A DNA stretch of 63,625 bases, filler included, from Acidimicrobiia bacterium (GCA_029210695.1; 3 parts of 3 records of this genome joined end to end with filler, not necessarily neighbours in it), one strand, 5' to 3'; counted from the whole stretch's first letter, positions 30,025 to 42,326 are shown. The notes: generated by a model from the letters alone, not told the origin. Made by a program: numbers and translations.

Positions 30025-31434
30025 ATGAGGCCCGTTCTCACCGCCGCTCAATCGGCTGCCCTCGATGAGGCGTCGATCGAACCCGTCGAGATCCTCATGG
30101 AGCGGGCCGGGCTCGGCGTGGCTCTGGCTGCGGTCCGGATGGGCATCGGATACGGGTCCAAGGTCATCGTGCTGGCAGGTCCGGGAAACAACGGCGGAGA
30201 CGGCTACGTTGCTGCAAGGTATCTGCACAGGCGCGGTGTGGCGGTGACCGTGCATGCCCTCGCCGAGCCTCGATCGAAGGCGGCCAAATGGGCCGCCCGG
30301 TCTGCCCGGGAGTCGGGTGTCCCGGTTCGAGCATGGACCGGCCCGGTCGGGTCGGACCTCATCATCGACGCCCTTTTCGGGGCGGGCTTTCGGGGCAACC
30401 TGCCGGACACGGTGATTCCATGGGCTAGATCCTCCAGTCGGGTGCTTTCCGTCGACGTCGCGAGTGGTCTCAGCGCCACCGACGGTTCGTCCGGTGGCTC
30501 GACGTTCCGAGCCGAACGTACCGTGACATTTCACGCCGAGAAAGTCGGCCACTTCGTGGGAATCGGGCCGGACGTCAGTGGCGTTGTCGAAGTGGTCGAC
30601 ATCGGGCTATCTGCAACGGATGGGGAGTTCTTTCACTGCGAACAGTCGGATGCCCCGCTACCCGAGCGGGCGAGAACTGCCCACAAGTGGTCGGCCGGCT
30701 CCGTTGCAGTGGTCGGTGGTGCGCCGGGAATGACGGGCGCGGCACTGCTGGCGGCCTGGTCGGCGCTCGGTGCCGGTGCCGGGTCTGTTTCGATCGTCAG
30801 CCCTGCCGATGCCCAGGCGACCTATGCGGGTTCTGCCCCTGGCGTGCTCACGCACGGAGTCGGCCAGGGAGACCGGTTCGCGACCGAGGATGCCATCGAG
30901 GTCCTCGGCCATGTGGCACGGTTCGACGTGCTGGCCGTCGGCCCCGGCCTTGGCCCTGGTGTCGAGGGATTCGTCCGGCTCCTTCTCGAACGTTGGAACC
31001 GTCCGGTGGTGCTCGACGCAGATGGGATCAATGCCCTGCACGACCCCGACCTCCTTCGCAACCGTGTAGCTCCAACGATCATCACGCCCCATGCTGGGGA
31101 GTTCCAGAGATTGACCGGTGGCCCGACCGGCTATGCCGAGGCAGCAGCCTTCGCCAGGGAGACTGGAGCAACCGTGCTCCTGAAGGGAAACCCGACCTTT
31201 GTTGCTGGAGACGAACTGTGGGTTGTGGACACTGGTGGCCCGGAACTGGCCACCATCGGCACGGGCGACGTTCTCACCGGGGTCTCGGCTGCGTTTCTGG
31301 CGTCGGGCATGGTGCAGGAGGCGGCGGCCCGCAGCGCCGCCTTCTGGCACGGCATGACGGGTATCTCGCTTGCCGGCCGCGAGAACGTCACGGCGCCTGC
31401 CCTGGCCCGTGAAGTGAGAAGGGTGATCAGGTGA
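30025..31434 (+). CDS. nnr: Bifunctional NAD(P)H-hydrate epimerase/dehydratase (NnrE/NnrD)
   Basis: LMERAG, GPGNNGGDG, DALFGAG, DADG, TPHAGEF, GTGDVL. Confidence 0.93.
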   Translation: MRPVLTAAQSAALDEASIEPVEILMERAGLGVALAAVRMGIGYGSKVIVLAGPGNNGGDGYVAARYLHRRGVAVTVHALAEPRSKAAKWAARSARESGVPVRAWTGPVGSDLIIDALFGAGFRGNLPDTVIPWARSSSRVLSVDVASGLSATDGSSGGSTFRAERTVTFHAEKVGHFVGIGPDVSGVVEVVDIGLSATDGEFFHCEQSDAPLPERARTAHKWSAGSVAVVGGAPGMTGAALLAAWSALGAGAGSVSIVSPADAQATYAGSAPGVLTHGVGQGDRFATEDAIEVLGHVARFDVLAVGPGLGPGVEGFVRLLLERWNRPVVLDADGINALHDPDLLRNRVAPTIITPHAGEFQRLTGGPTGYAEAAAFARETGATVLLKGNPTFVAGDELWVVDTGGPELATIGTGDVLTGVSAAFLASGMVQEAAARSAAFWHGMTGISLAGRENVTAPALAREVRRVIR

Positions 31435-32525
31435 GGCCAACCTGGGTCGACATCGATCTCGACGCGATCGCGCACAACATCGGCATCTTCAGGGATCTCG
31501 TATCCCCGGCCGGCGTTTGTGCCGTCGTCAAGGCCGATGCATACGGCCATGGGGATGTTCCGGTCGCTGAGGCCGCGCTGTCAGCCGGAGCAACGTGTCT
31601 GGCGGTTGCCCTGGTTGCTGAAGGCGCCCGGCTTCGGGAGGCCGGAATCGATGCACCCATCCTGCTGTTGTCGGAGCCGCCGCTGAACTCGGCACCCGCC
31701 GTCCTGCAGTGGGATCTCATACCAACCGTGTACACGCGCCCGATGATCGAGGCACTGGCCGGTCTGGCGAGTACGCCCATTCCGGTGCATTTGAAAGTCG
31801 ATACCGGGATGCACCGGGTCGGCGCCTCCGCCGACGACGCGATCGAATTCGCCCGGCTCATCACCGAGTCCTCCGGCCTCGACCTGGCCGCACTATGGAC
31901 GCATTTCGCGGTTGCCGAGGAAGATGCAGAGTTCACCCGTCTTCAGATCGAACGGTTTGAGACGACGATGAAGGAGTTGCGATCGGCCGGAATCCACGTG
32001 CCGGTCGTGCACGCGGCCAATACGGCCGGTGCGATTGCCTTCCCGGAAGCCAGGTACGACCTCGTCAGAGTTGGCATCGGCATGTATGGGCTGCAGCCGG
32101 CTCCCACCGTCGGTGCAGAGCTGCAGCTTCATCCGGCGATGCGGGTCGTTTCTGCCGTCGCGCATTTGCGGAGGCATCCGGCGGGGACTCGTCCGTCGTA
32201 CGGTCGTCGGCGGCCGCTACCTGCCGACGGTCGGGTTGCCTCTGTTCCGATCGGGTATGCAGACGGCATGCCGCGCCTCCTTTCCTCCTGGGGCGAAGTG
32301 CTGATCCGCGGCAAGCGGTACCCGCTGGCGGGGACGGTGACGATGGACTACCTGGTGGTCGACGTCGGCCTGGATGACGTCGAGGTTGGAGACGAGGTCG
32401 TGCTCATCGGGCGCCAGGGCAATGAAGCGATCACGGTGGAGGAGTGGGCCGAGCGAGTCGGCACCATCAACTACGAGATCGTCTGCCAGATCGGGCCGCG
32501 TATGCCCAGGAGGTATAACCCTTGA
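31431..32525 (+). CDS. alr: Alanine racemase
   Basis: AVVKADAYGHG, KVDTGMHR, GYADG, INYEI. Confidence 0.97.
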   Translation: MRPTWVDIDLDAIAHNIGIFRDLVSPAGVCAVVKADAYGHGDVPVAEAALSAGATCLAVALVAEGARLREAGIDAPILLLSEPPLNSAPAVLQWDLIPTVYTRPMIEALAGLASTPIPVHLKVDTGMHRVGASADDAIEFARLITESSGLDLAALWTHFAVAEEDAEFTRLQIERFETTMKELRSAGIHVPVVHAANTAGAIAFPEARYDLVRVGIGMYGLQPAPTVGAELQLHPAMRVVSAVAHLRRHPAGTRPSYGRRRPLPADGRVASVPIGYADGMPRLLSSWGEVLIRGKRYPLAGTVTMDYLVVDVGLDDVEVGDEVVLIGRQGNEAITVEEWAERVGTINYEIVCQIGPRMPRRYNP

Positions 32526-33400
32526 CACTCACCGCAATCGAGGGGGTAACCGTCGGTCATTGGACGCATGCTCGAGGTGTGACCGGGTGCACCGTGGTGG
32601 TCTTTCCCGAACCGAACGTAGCAGCCGTGGAGATTCGAGGCGCAGCACCCGGAACTCGCGAAATCGCCCTTCTCGAACCCGGCATGCGGGTGGAGACGAT
32701 TCAGGCCGTTCTACTCACGGGCGGGAGCGCTTTCGGTCTCGCCGCCGCCGACGGGATCATGCGCGAACTGGCGGCCGATGGGCGCGGACACCCGACACCA
32801 CTTGGTCCGGTCCCTATCGTGCCGGGGGCCGTCATCTTCGACATGTCTGCGGGTGATCCCGAAACCCGACCGGGGCCGCAGGAAGGTGCTCTTGCCTTCC
32901 GGGCGGCTACCGGGGCACCGGTCGAAAACGGCGCCATCGGCGCAGGCGCCGGTGCCACCGTCGCCAAGTGGCGGGGATTCGAACACATGCGACCGGGTGG
33001 ATTGGGATCTGCGTCCGTCGATCTCGACGGCGCGACGGTGGCGGCCCTCGTGGTGGTCAACGCCTTGGGCGACGTATTCACCCTCGAGGGAGAGGCACTG
33101 ACCGGAGGGGTGCACGCACCCGACTTCGATCCTGAGGTGATGATGGGCGGCAGCACCACACTCGTTGTGGTCGCCACCGATGCGGCGCTCGACCGCACTT
33201 CAACCCGCCGGCTCGCAATTCGAGCTCAGGATGCGCTGGCGGCCTGCTTGCGTCCCTCCCACACCAGATATGATGGCGATGCGGCCTTCGCCGTTTCGTG
33301 CGGTGCACGGGCAGGCGATCTCGACCGACTGTCGGAGGCCGCCTTTGTTGTGACGGCGAGAGCGATCGAGGCGGCGATCCGGGCGAGGGACATCGGGTGA
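32522..33400 (+). CDS. P1/DmpA (S58) family peptidase
   Basis: GVTVGH, TGCTV, RGAAPGTRE, LTGGSAFGL, HTRYDGD. Confidence 0.88.
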   Translation: MTLTAIEGVTVGHWTHARGVTGCTVVVFPEPNVAAVEIRGAAPGTREIALLEPGMRVETIQAVLLTGGSAFGLAAADGIMRELAADGRGHPTPLGPVPIVPGAVIFDMSAGDPETRPGPQEGALAFRAATGAPVENGAIGAGAGATVAKWRGFEHMRPGGLGSASVDLDGATVAALVVVNALGDVFTLEGEALTGGVHAPDFDPEVMMGGSTTLVVVATDAALDRTSTRRLAIRAQDALAACLRPSHTRYDGDAAFAVSCGARAGDLDRLSEAAFVVTARAIEAAIRARDIG

Positions 33401-34041
33401 CAGACGACCAGCTACGCATATTGGCCGGGGAAGCCGGTGTTTGCACTGCCTGCGGGTTGGCGGAAACGAGGACCAACGTCGTGTTCGGCGCCGGCAGCCC
33501 GACTGCGGATTTGATGTTCATCGGCGAAGCACCGGGGAGAAACGAGGACATTCAAGGCGTACCCTTCGTCGGAGCAGCGGGACGGCTGTTGGATAGCCTG
33601 GCGAGCGCGGCCGGCATCACGCGCGACGACGTGTACATCGCCAACGTGCTCAAATGCCGTCCGCCGGGGAACCGTGACCCGCGTGATGAAGAAATCACAG
33701 CCTGCAAGGGCTACCTCGCCAGACAGATCGAGCTGATAGATCCGGCTGTGGTCATGACACTCGGCAACTTCGCCACGAAACTACTGCTCAAGACGACCAC
33801 CGGGATCACGCGTTTGCGCGGAACGGCGTACCCGTGGTGGGGGCGGTTTGTCGTCCCCACGTTTCATCCGGCCGCCGCGCTGCGGGGTGGCGAACGTGTT
33901 CTCGACCATATGCGCGCCGACTTCGCGCTCGCTCGGCGAGTTCTCGATGATGGAGTCGAAGAGGATCTCGCCGAACACACTGAACCGGCGGATTCTGCAA
34001 CTAGCCTCCAGGACGCAACCCAGTTGGAGTTCTTCGCTTGA
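33397..34041 (+). CDS. Uracil-DNA glycosylase, family 4 (Fe-S)
   Basis: CTAC, IGEAPG..ED..G.PFVG, NVLKCRPP.NRDP, TFHPAA. Confidence 0.93.
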   Translation: MTDDQLRILAGEAGVCTACGLAETRTNVVFGAGSPTADLMFIGEAPGRNEDIQGVPFVGAAGRLLDSLASAAGITRDDVYIANVLKCRPPGNRDPRDEEITACKGYLARQIELIDPAVVMTLGNFATKLLLKTTTGITRLRGTAYPWWGRFVVPTFHPAAALRGGERVLDHMRADFALARRVLDDGVEEDLAEHTEPADSATSLQDATQLEFFA

Positions 34042-34499
34042 TCATCGATCTGATTAGTCGTTCTGATCCCGAAACTCGCGCAATTGGCAGACGCCTCTCC
34101 GGCCTCTTGCAGCCCGGGGACGTTGTCGTCTTGTGTGGTTCGCTCGGAGCAGGAAAGACGGCCCTCGTGGGGGGAGTCGCCGATGGACTCGGGATCGACG
34201 TGCCCGTCACGAGCCCGAGCTTCGTCCTGATGAAGAAGTACTCGTCCGGGTTCATCCCGCTCGTCCACGTCGACGCGTATCGGGTCGGGTCGCTCGGTGA
34301 GTTCGACAACCTCGACGTGTTCGAAGAGGCGCGAGATGCGGTACTCGTCGTTGAATGGGGAGACGCAGTGGCGGCCAGCCTTCCCGACGACCATCTGAAG
34401 ATCATCATGGAGATCACGGGTGAGACCGACCGCGCTTTGCGATTTGAGCCCTACGGAACCTCCTGGGTAGGTCGTCCCGTCGAGGAGCTTGAAGGATGA
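34038..34499 (+). CDS. tsaE: tRNA t6A biosynthesis ATPase TsaE
   Basis: GSLGAGKT, VTSPSF, HVDAYR, VEWG. Confidence 0.94.
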   Translation: MIIDLISRSDPETRAIGRRLSGLLQPGDVVVLCGSLGAGKTALVGGVADGLGIDVPVTSPSFVLMKKYSSGFIPLVHVDAYRVGSLGEFDNLDVFEEARDAVLVVEWGDAVAASLPDDHLKIIMEITGETDRALRFEPYGTSWVGRPVEELEG

Positions 34500-35215
34500 A
34501 GGTTCTGGCGATCGAAACAGCCACTCCCGCCTCTTCGGTGGCACTCGGCGAAGACCGGGTAGTCGTGGCGTCGGCCGCCCGGGTCGATCGGCGCGGACAT
34601 GGTTCGTTCATCGTTTCAGCCGTCGATTTCTGTTTCGATCAGGCCGGCTGGAATCCGGGCGATCTCGATGCGATCGCCATCGATGTGGGGCCTGGTCTCT
34701 ACACAGGTATCCGGGTAGGGCTTGCTACGGCACAAGGGATGGCGGCCGCCCTCGGTATCCCGATCGTGCCGGTCACCTCCCTGGACGCCGTCGCCTTGCG
34801 GGCGGCCACCGGCCACCGGCACGTCTATGCCGTTGTCGACGTGCGGCGGGGCGAGCTGGCGGTTGCCTCGTACCGGCCGGTCCCGGGCGGGGTGGTGAAA
34901 GACGGCCCGCCCGAGGTCATGTCGCCCGATCACTTCCGGGCGATGCTCGAGTCTGATCCCGATGAGGTGCTGATTGTCGGCGACGTCGCTGATCTTCCGG
35001 GATCGACGGTGCGGGGGCTTCACCGTGTGAAATCCGGTCGGCCCCGATATCCCGAAGCCGCGGCCCTCTTGGACCTGGCGGCCGGTCCCCTCGAAAAGGA
35101 CGATTTCCCGCTACCTGAGGACGTACGCCCGCTGTACCTGCGGGAACCGGACGTCACCATCTCATGGAAGCAGTTCCGTCAGGAGGGTCCGTGGGACGAC
35201 ACGGCGTCTACGTGA
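34496..35215 (+). CDS. tsaB: tRNA t6A biosynthesis protein TsaB
   Basis: LAIETAT, GPGLYTGIRVG, PLYLREPD. Confidence 0.93.
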   Translation: MKVLAIETATPASSVALGEDRVVVASAARVDRRGHGSFIVSAVDFCFDQAGWNPGDLDAIAIDVGPGLYTGIRVGLATAQGMAAALGIPIVPVTSLDAVALRAATGHRHVYAVVDVRRGELAVASYRPVPGGVVKDGPPEVMSPDHFRAMLESDPDEVLIVGDVADLPGSTVRGLHRVKSGRPRYPEAAALLDLAAGPLEKDDFPLPEDVRPLYLREPDVTISWKQFRQEGPWDDTAST

Positions 35216-35694
35216 TGGACATCCGGGCGATGACGCTCGACGATGTTCGGGCGGTGTCTGCATTGGAGCGACTCGTATACCCGGAGCCCTGGTCGGAGGG
35301 TGTGTTCGACGACGAGCTGGCACAGCCGAATCGCGAGTATCTGGTTGCGGTCGAAGGGGGTGAGATCGTCGGCTACGCAGGTATGATGGTCATCCTGGAG
35401 GACGCCCACATAACGACGATGTCGGTGGCGCCGGCAGCTCGGGGTAGCGGCATTGCCAAACGGATGATGGTTCAACTCATCGACCTGGCGCTGGCGACCG
35501 GAGCCAAACACCTCACACTCGAGGTGCGCCGTTCCAACGAGTCCGCTCAGGCTCTCTACCGCAAATTCGGGCTGGCTCCGGTCGGGGTACGAAAGGACTA
35601 CTACCTCAATGAGGACGCCCTCATCATGTGGGCCAGCGATATCGACCAGGCCGACTTTGAGGAGCGGCTGCGCCGGATTCGGGAGGAACTGTGA
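35212..35694 (+). CDS. rimI: Ribosomal protein alanine N-acetyltransferase RimI
   Basis: PWS, RGSGIA, LEVRRSN..AQALY, RKDYY, EDALIM; lies between tsaB and tsaD. Confidence 0.92.
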   Translation: MMDIRAMTLDDVRAVSALERLVYPEPWSEGVFDDELAQPNREYLVAVEGGEIVGYAGMMVILEDAHITTMSVAPAARGSGIAKRMMVQLIDLALATGAKHLTLEVRRSNESAQALYRKFGLAPVGVRKDYYLNEDALIMWASDIDQADFEERLRRIREEL

Positions 35695-36701
35695 CGATTG
35701 AGCCGACGGTTCTGGCGTTCGAGACGAGCTGCGATGAGACCGCAGTGGCGGTGGTTCGTGGTTCCCGCGTGCTTTCCAACGTTCTCTCCTCACAGGTGGA
35801 GATCCACGCCCGCTTCGGTGGTGTTGTGCCGGAGATCGCCGCCAGGGCTCACGTTGAATCGATCCGGTCGCTCACCCATCGGGCACTCGTCGAAGCAGGT
35901 ATCCACCCCGACGATCTAGACGGAGTCGCTGCTACGCAGGGTCCAGGGCTGGTCGGGGCGTTGCTGGTCGGGTATTCGTTCGCCAAAGCGACCGCGTGGG
36001 CCAGGCAGCTGCCGTTCGTAGGGATCGACCACATGGAGGGCCATTTGATGGCGCCTCGGCTCGAGTTCGACGCGTTCACCCCACCGGCGATCGTTTTGCT
36101 TGCCTCTGGAGGGCACAGTCAGATCGTGCATGTGAAGGACTGGGGCGAATACGAGACCCTCGGCCAGACAATCGACGACGCGGCCGGAGAGGCGTTCGAC
36201 AAGATCGCCCGCTTCATGGGCCTCGGCTATCCGGGCGGCCCCAACCTGGATCGGATTTCCGAGGGAGGTGACCCATCCGCGATCGCCCTGCCCCGTCCAC
36301 TTCGTGATCGACGGTACGACGTGTCGTTCTCCGGCCTGAAGACTTCGGCCGTGACTTACCTCGAGAAAGCCAAGGCGGCCGGTTCGCTCCCGCCGATCGA
36401 AGATGTGGCCGCCTCAGTCCAGGAAGCCATTGTGGACGTCCTGGTCGAGAAGACGTTCAACGCCGTCGAAGACACCGGTGTTCATATCGTCGGCGCCGGC
36501 GGGGGAGTCATCGCCAACCGTCGCTTACGGCAGCGCCTGGCCGAGGAGGCTGCGAGCCGCGGGGTTGAGTTGTTCTTGCCCGGCCGGCTGCTGTGCACCG
36601 ATAATGCCGCCATGATCGGCGTGGCCGGTTCGCACTGGCTGTCACAGGGCGTGTACTCGGCCTGGGACAGCCAGGTTGACACGAACCTGCGCATCGGATG
36701 A
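35691..36701 (+). CDS. tsaD: tRNA N6-adenosine threonylcarbamoyltransferase TsaD
   Basis: [36 protein letters not shown]. Confidence 0.96.
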   Translation: MTIEPTVLAFETSCDETAVAVVRGSRVLSNVLSSQVEIHARFGGVVPEIAARAHVESIRSLTHRALVEAGIHPDDLDGVAATQGPGLVGALLVGYSFAKATAWARQLPFVGIDHMEGHLMAPRLEFDAFTPPAIVLLASGGHSQIVHVKDWGEYETLGQTIDDAAGEAFDKIARFMGLGYPGGPNLDRISEGGDPSAIALPRPLRDRRYDVSFSGLKTSAVTYLEKAKAAGSLPPIEDVAASVQEAIVDVLVEKTFNAVEDTGVHIVGAGGGVIANRRLRQRLAEEAASRGVELFLPGRLLCTDNAAMIGVAGSHWLSQGVYSAWDSQVDTNLRIG

Positions 36702-36787
36702 TCTAGGGCCGGAGACCAGCAGGTCGGATATCCATCCGGCGGCGCGGCCGGCAACGTGGGACGTAGAACTCGAACATAGGACTCCTC

Positions 36788-37573
36788 ATCTTTGATCTCT
36801 CCGCCTATCTCCTCGGACTCGCCGCTCTGGTAGTCCTGACGCTGCTCGTCTGGGTGGTGAGCCTGGTCCGCAAGGATGCGTCGATAATCGATCTCTTCTG
36901 GAGCTTGACGTTCATTGTCGCGGCGGTCGTGTACGCGATATCGACCACGGCGGAGGAGGGTGGACGGACGACGTTGATGCTGGCGCTGGTAACCGTGTGG
37001 GGTCTCCGATTGTCTGGTTACCTGACCTGGCGGAACTGGGGTGAACCGGAGGACTACCGCTATCAACGGATGCGGGAGCGCGGTGGACCCAGTTGGCCCT
37101 ACAAGAGCCTTCTAACGGTGTTTTGGGGGCAAGCCGTACTTGCCTGGATCGTGTCGGCTCCGCTGCTGGCCGGCGCAGATGGGAGGACTGACGTCGGAGT
37201 GCTCGCCTATCTTGGGATCGCAACCTGGGCCATCGGGATCTTTTTTGAAGCCGTCGGCGACTGGCAGTTGTCGGTGTTCAAGCAGGATCCGGTGAATGCA
37301 GGCAAGGTTCTCGATGAGGGGTTGTGGCGCTACACGCGTCATCCGAACTACTTCGGCGACTTCATGGTGTGGTGGGGGCTGTTCCTGATTGCAGCAGACG
37401 CGGGCGGTTGGTGGAGTTTCTACGGCCCGGTCGCGATGTCGGTTCTATTGATTCGGGTGTCCGGGGTGACCCTCCTCGAGCGGAAACTGTCGAAGACCCG
37501 GGCGGGCTACGAGCAGTACGTCCAGACGACAAACACCTTCTTCCCCGGCCCCAAACGAGCAACTCGCGACTAG
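36788..37573 (+). CDS. DUF1295 family membrane protein (start uncertain: ATC 36788 or GTG 36854)
   Basis: WGLRLS, EDYRY, GDWQL, GLWRYTRHPNYFGD. Confidence 0.85.
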   Translation: MFDLSAYLLGLAALVVLTLLVWVVSLVRKDASIIDLFWSLTFIVAAVVYAISTTAEEGGRTTLMLALVTVWGLRLSGYLTWRNWGEPEDYRYQRMRERGGPSWPYKSLLTVFWGQAVLAWIVSAPLLAGADGRTDVGVLAYLGIATWAIGIFFEAVGDWQLSVFKQDPVNAGKVLDEGLWRYTRHPNYFGDFMVWWGLFLIAADAGGWWSFYGPVAMSVLLIRVSGVTLLERKLSKTRAGYEQYVQTTNTFFPGPKRATRD

Positions 37574-38784
37574 TAACTCGCAACGAGGAACGCGTTGGCG
37601 ATTCCTTCGAGTCCCTTCGCCAGGTCCTCTTCGCTGATCGTGAGTGGCGGTGAAAACCGAATCGTATGACCGTGGGTCTCTTTGGCGAGTACCCCGTGTG
37701 AGAGGAGTTGCTTGGTGACGGCTTTGGCGCTTGGTCCCTCCGTCGCGATGTCGACGCCGGCCCACAGGCCTTTTGTGCGGACTGCTTCGATGGCATCCGA
37801 CCCTGCCTCGATTTCGGCCAGCCCTTTCGCAAACAGTCTTCCCAGTTCGGCCGCCCGCCTCTGAATATGCCCCTCACTCAGCATGGTGACGACCTCGAGT
37901 CCGATGGCTGCCGCCAGCGGGTTGCCGCCGAAGGTGCTCCCGTGTTCGCCTGGAGACAGAACGCCCAGCACATCCCAATCGCCGACGACCGCGGAGACCG
38001 GGAGAATCCCACCGCCCAGCGCCTTGCCGAGCAAGTAGACGTCGGGGGTTACGTCTTCGAGGTCGCAGGCGAAGGTGGTGCCGGTCCGTCCGAGTCCCGA
38101 CTGGATCTCGTCGGCGATCATGAGGACGTTGCGCTTTGTGCAGATGCGCCTCACCTCGCGGAGCCAGCCATCCGGCGGGATAATGACCCCTGCCTCGCCC
38201 TGGATCGGCTCGAGGAGGAACGCGACGGTGTCGCCGTCGATGGCGGCATCCAGTGCACCGGCATCACCGAACGGAATCGACTGAAACCCCGGCGTGAACG
38301 GGCCGAATCCTGAACGAGCAGTGGGATCTGAGGAGAAACTCACGATGGTGGTCGTTCGCCCGTGGAAGTTGCCGTCGCTTACGATGATTTTGGCGCGTCC
38401 CGGCGCAACTCCTTTCGTGTTGTATCCCCACTTCCTGGCGATCTTGATGGCCGTTTCGACTGCCTCAGCGCCGGTATTCATCGGCAACATGGCCTCCCGG
38501 TTGCACAGAGAGGTCAGTGCCTCGGCGTACGGGCCGAGTTGGTCGCTCCGAAAGGCACGGCTGGTCAGCGTCAGTGAGTCGAGCTGGCGCTTGGCGGCGG
38601 CAATGAGTCGCGGGTGCCGATGTCCGAAGTTGAGGGCCGAGTACCCGGCCAGGAAGTCGAGGTAGGCGTTGCCGTCAACGTCGTAGACCCACGAACCATC
38701 GCCCCTGGTCAGCACGACTTCCAAGGGGGCATAGTTGCGTGCAACGTGCGCGGCCTCCGCATCTAGGAAACGGCGACTCGTCAC
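37570..38784 (-). CDS. rocD: Ornithine-oxo-acid transaminase
   Basis: YSALNFGH, PMNTGAEAVETA, EPIQGEAG, DEIQSGLGRTG, GKALGGG, HGSTFGGNP. Confidence 0.93.
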   Translation of the reverse strand: MTSRRFLDAEAAHVARNYAPLEVVLTRGDGSWVYDVDGNAYLDFLAGYSALNFGHRHPRLIAAAKRQLDSLTLTSRAFRSDQLGPYAEALTSLCNREAMLPMNTGAEAVETAIKIARKWGYNTKGVAPGRAKIIVSDGNFHGRTTTIVSFSSDPTARSGFGPFTPGFQSIPFGDAGALDAAIDGDTVAFLLEPIQGEAGVIIPPDGWLREVRRICTKRNVLMIADEIQSGLGRTGTTFACDLEDVTPDVYLLGKALGGGILPVSAVVGDWDVLGVLSPGEHGSTFGGNPLAAAIGLEVVTMLSEGHIQRRAAELGRLFAKGLAEIEAGSDAIEAVRTKGLWAGVDIATEGPSAKAVTKQLLSHGVLAKETHGHTIRFSPPLTISEEDLAKGLEGIANAFLVASY

Positions 38785-38882
38785 TCAGCACCTCACTCTC
38801 TACCCGTATGATCGCGGCAATTGCCCTGGCCCGTGAGCCTAACTGAACGGTGCGGAGGCGAATCCTGGCTGCAGATGGCCGG

Positions 38883-38909
38883 CTAGCACTCCTGCATAGA
38901 GAGTGCTAA
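38883..38909. promoter_or_regulatory. CIRCE element 1 (HrcA operator)
   Basis: CTAGCACTC-N9-GAGTGCTAA. Confidence 0.95.
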
Positions 38910-38914
38910 CGTTA

Positions 38915-38941
38915 CTGGCACTCTCACTCGGAGAGTGCTAA
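38915..38941. promoter_or_regulatory. CIRCE element 2 (HrcA operator)
   Basis: CTGGCACTC-N9-GAGTGCTAA. Confidence 0.93.
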
Positions 38942-38966
38942 TCCGCAATCAGTAGGAGGATTCGGC

Positions 38967-39257
38967 ATGAAGCTTCAGCCTCTCGGTGACCGGGTGGTCG
39001 TCAAGGCGAAGGAGGAAGACCAGACGCGGACTCCTTCCGGCCTGGTGATTCCCGACACTGCAAAGGAAAAGCCTCAATTTGGAGAGGTCCTGGCCGTTGG
39101 GCCGGGTGCGCTTAATGAAGACGGCGATCGCATGCCCATGGATGTGAGCGTTGGCGACGTCGTCGTGTATTCAAAGTTTGGTGGCACGGAGATCAAGATG
39201 GACGGCACAGAGTATTTGATCCTCTCGTCGCGTGATCTTCTCGCCATCGTCGGCTGA
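38967..39257 (+). CDS. groES: Co-chaperonin GroES
   Basis: [31 protein letters not shown]. Confidence 0.98.
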   Translation: MKLQPLGDRVVVKAKEEDQTRTPSGLVIPDTAKEKPQFGEVLAVGPGALNEDGDRMPMDVSVGDVVVYSKFGGTEIKMDGTEYLILSSRDLLAIVG

Positions 39258-39274
39258 GACAACGGAGGATTTGA

Positions 39275-40909
<1,635 letters not shown>

Positions 40910-40940
40910 GTCCGAATCTCTGAGTATCTGTATCGAGAAT

Positions 40941-40966
40941 CAGCAGGGGCCTCCGGGCCCCTGCTG
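40941..40966. terminator. GC-rich hairpin between convergent groEL and GNAT genes
   Basis: cagcaggggcc-tccg-ggcccctgctg. Confidence 0.75.
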
Positions 40967-40980
40967 CGCGTCCGGCGCGC

Positions 40981-41601
40981 TCAGGCGTCTTCGACGGGCA
41001 GCCGTGCTCCGGCCACGATATCGGCGATCTCCTGGTGATGTTTGTCGTACTCGTGGTCCAGCATGCTGTAGACGGTGTGATCGAGCCAGTTGCCTCGTAC
41101 TTTCAGCTCTTCGCGGAGGATCCCTTCCCGGACGAAGTGGAGTTTCTCGGCAACCCGTTCGCTACCTCGATTGCCGACGGCGATGCGCAGCACGATGCGA
41201 TGCATATTCAGTTGTTCGAATCCGACCTGCGCCATACGGGCCGTGACCTCGGTAGCGATGCCCTGAGCGGCGCGGTCGGACCGAACCCAATACCCGATCT
41301 CTCCGGTGCGGAAACCTCGCGAGACGAACCAGATCGAGACGTTGCCGAGGTGTTGGTTCTGTTCGTCGTTGGCGTCGCGAATGCTGTAGTCGTATGCACG
41401 CGTTTCGCGCCAGGCTTTCATGGATTCACGCACGAATTGGCTGGCTTCGAGCCGGCCGTAGGCTAGGTGAGCCCAGGGAAGCCACATGTGGATTTCATTG
41501 ATGGAGACCCGGACGGCGCTGTATAGGGCATCTGCGTCTCGGCGGCGGAAGGGCCGGAGAACGAAACGATTCGTTGAAATAGGATCCAGACTCAACTCCA
41601 T
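40981..41601 (-). CDS. RimJ/RimL-family GNAT N-acetyltransferase
   Basis: LRPF, EIGYW, QGIATE, N.GS.RVAEKL.F..EG.LRE. Confidence 0.9.
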   Translation of the reverse strand: MELSLDPISTNRFVLRPFRRRDADALYSAVRVSINEIHMWLPWAHLAYGRLEASQFVRESMKAWRETRAYDYSIRDANDEQNQHLGNVSIWFVSRGFRTGEIGYWVRSDRAAQGIATEVTARMAQVGFEQLNMHRIVLRIAVGNRGSERVAEKLHFVREGILREELKVRGNWLDHTVYSMLDHEYDKHHQEIADIVAGARLPVEDA

Positions 41602-41640
41602 TCCGCTAGAGACTATCGCGGGCGTACCATGGTGTGCCGC

Positions 41641-42171
41641 ATGTGGGATCGACTTCCAGGTATTCACCCAGACGAACCGCCGGATACCGGCGCAGACCGC
41701 GCTGCGGTGCTGGTTCCCTTATACGAGGACGGATTGGGCGATGTTCGGGTGGTCATGACGAAGCGCCCGATGACCATGCCCACCCACGCCGGCCACATTG
41801 CGTTCCCCGGTGGGCGACCCGACCCCGACGACGGGGGGCCGGTGGCCACCGCCCTGCGGGAGGCAGAAGAAGAAGTCGGCATCGATCCTGAAGCGGTCGA
41901 GCTGATGGGGTTCTTGCCGACGATTCACACGGTGGAGTTCTCGTTGTTCGTGGTGCCGGTCGTCGGCCGGCTCACAGGAGTCCCGGATCTGCGGCCGTCG
42001 CCACGCGAGGTGGCGAAGGTCCTTGAACCGCGGGTCGAGGAACTCGCCGACGCCTCCGCCTGGCGCTTCGAACTGTGGCACGGTCGAAAGGTGTGGTTCT
42101 ACGACCTCGAAGGCGAGGTCTTGTGGGGTGCCACGGCGAGAATGACACGTGACCTGGTCGGCCTCGACTGA
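41641..42171 (+). CDS. Nudix hydrolase, CoA pyrophosphatase family
   Basis: AAVLV, HAGHIAFPGG, ALREAEEEVG, LWGATA. Confidence 0.9.
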   Translation: MWDRLPGIHPDEPPDTGADRAAVLVPLYEDGLGDVRVVMTKRPMTMPTHAGHIAFPGGRPDPDDGGPVATALREAEEEVGIDPEAVELMGFLPTIHTVEFSLFVVPVVGRLTGVPDLRPSPREVAKVLEPRVEELADASAWRFELWHGRKVWFYDLEGEVLWGATARMTRDLVGLD

Positions 42172-42285
42172 GTTTTCTCGGCAATGCTGTGTATCACTAC
42201 GCGCCATTGCATTGCGGAGAAACCAGGCTGAGTTTTCTCGGCAATGCTGTGTATTGCCACGCGCCATAGCATTGCGGAGAAACCA
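42168..42285. repeat. Two tandem 60-bp REP-like palindromic units
   Basis: ctgagttttctcggcaatgctgtgta..gcattgcggagaaacca at 42168 and 42228. Confidence 0.93.
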
Positions 42286-42326
42286 TGGGTCTTCCACAGC
42301 CGGCGCGTTCGTGATATCTCCATCCC

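Noticed and set aside
42168..42285. Possible mini CRISPR array
   Set aside because: Only two units, the cores are nearly identical rather than unique spacers, each unit is one long palindrome, and no cas genes are present.
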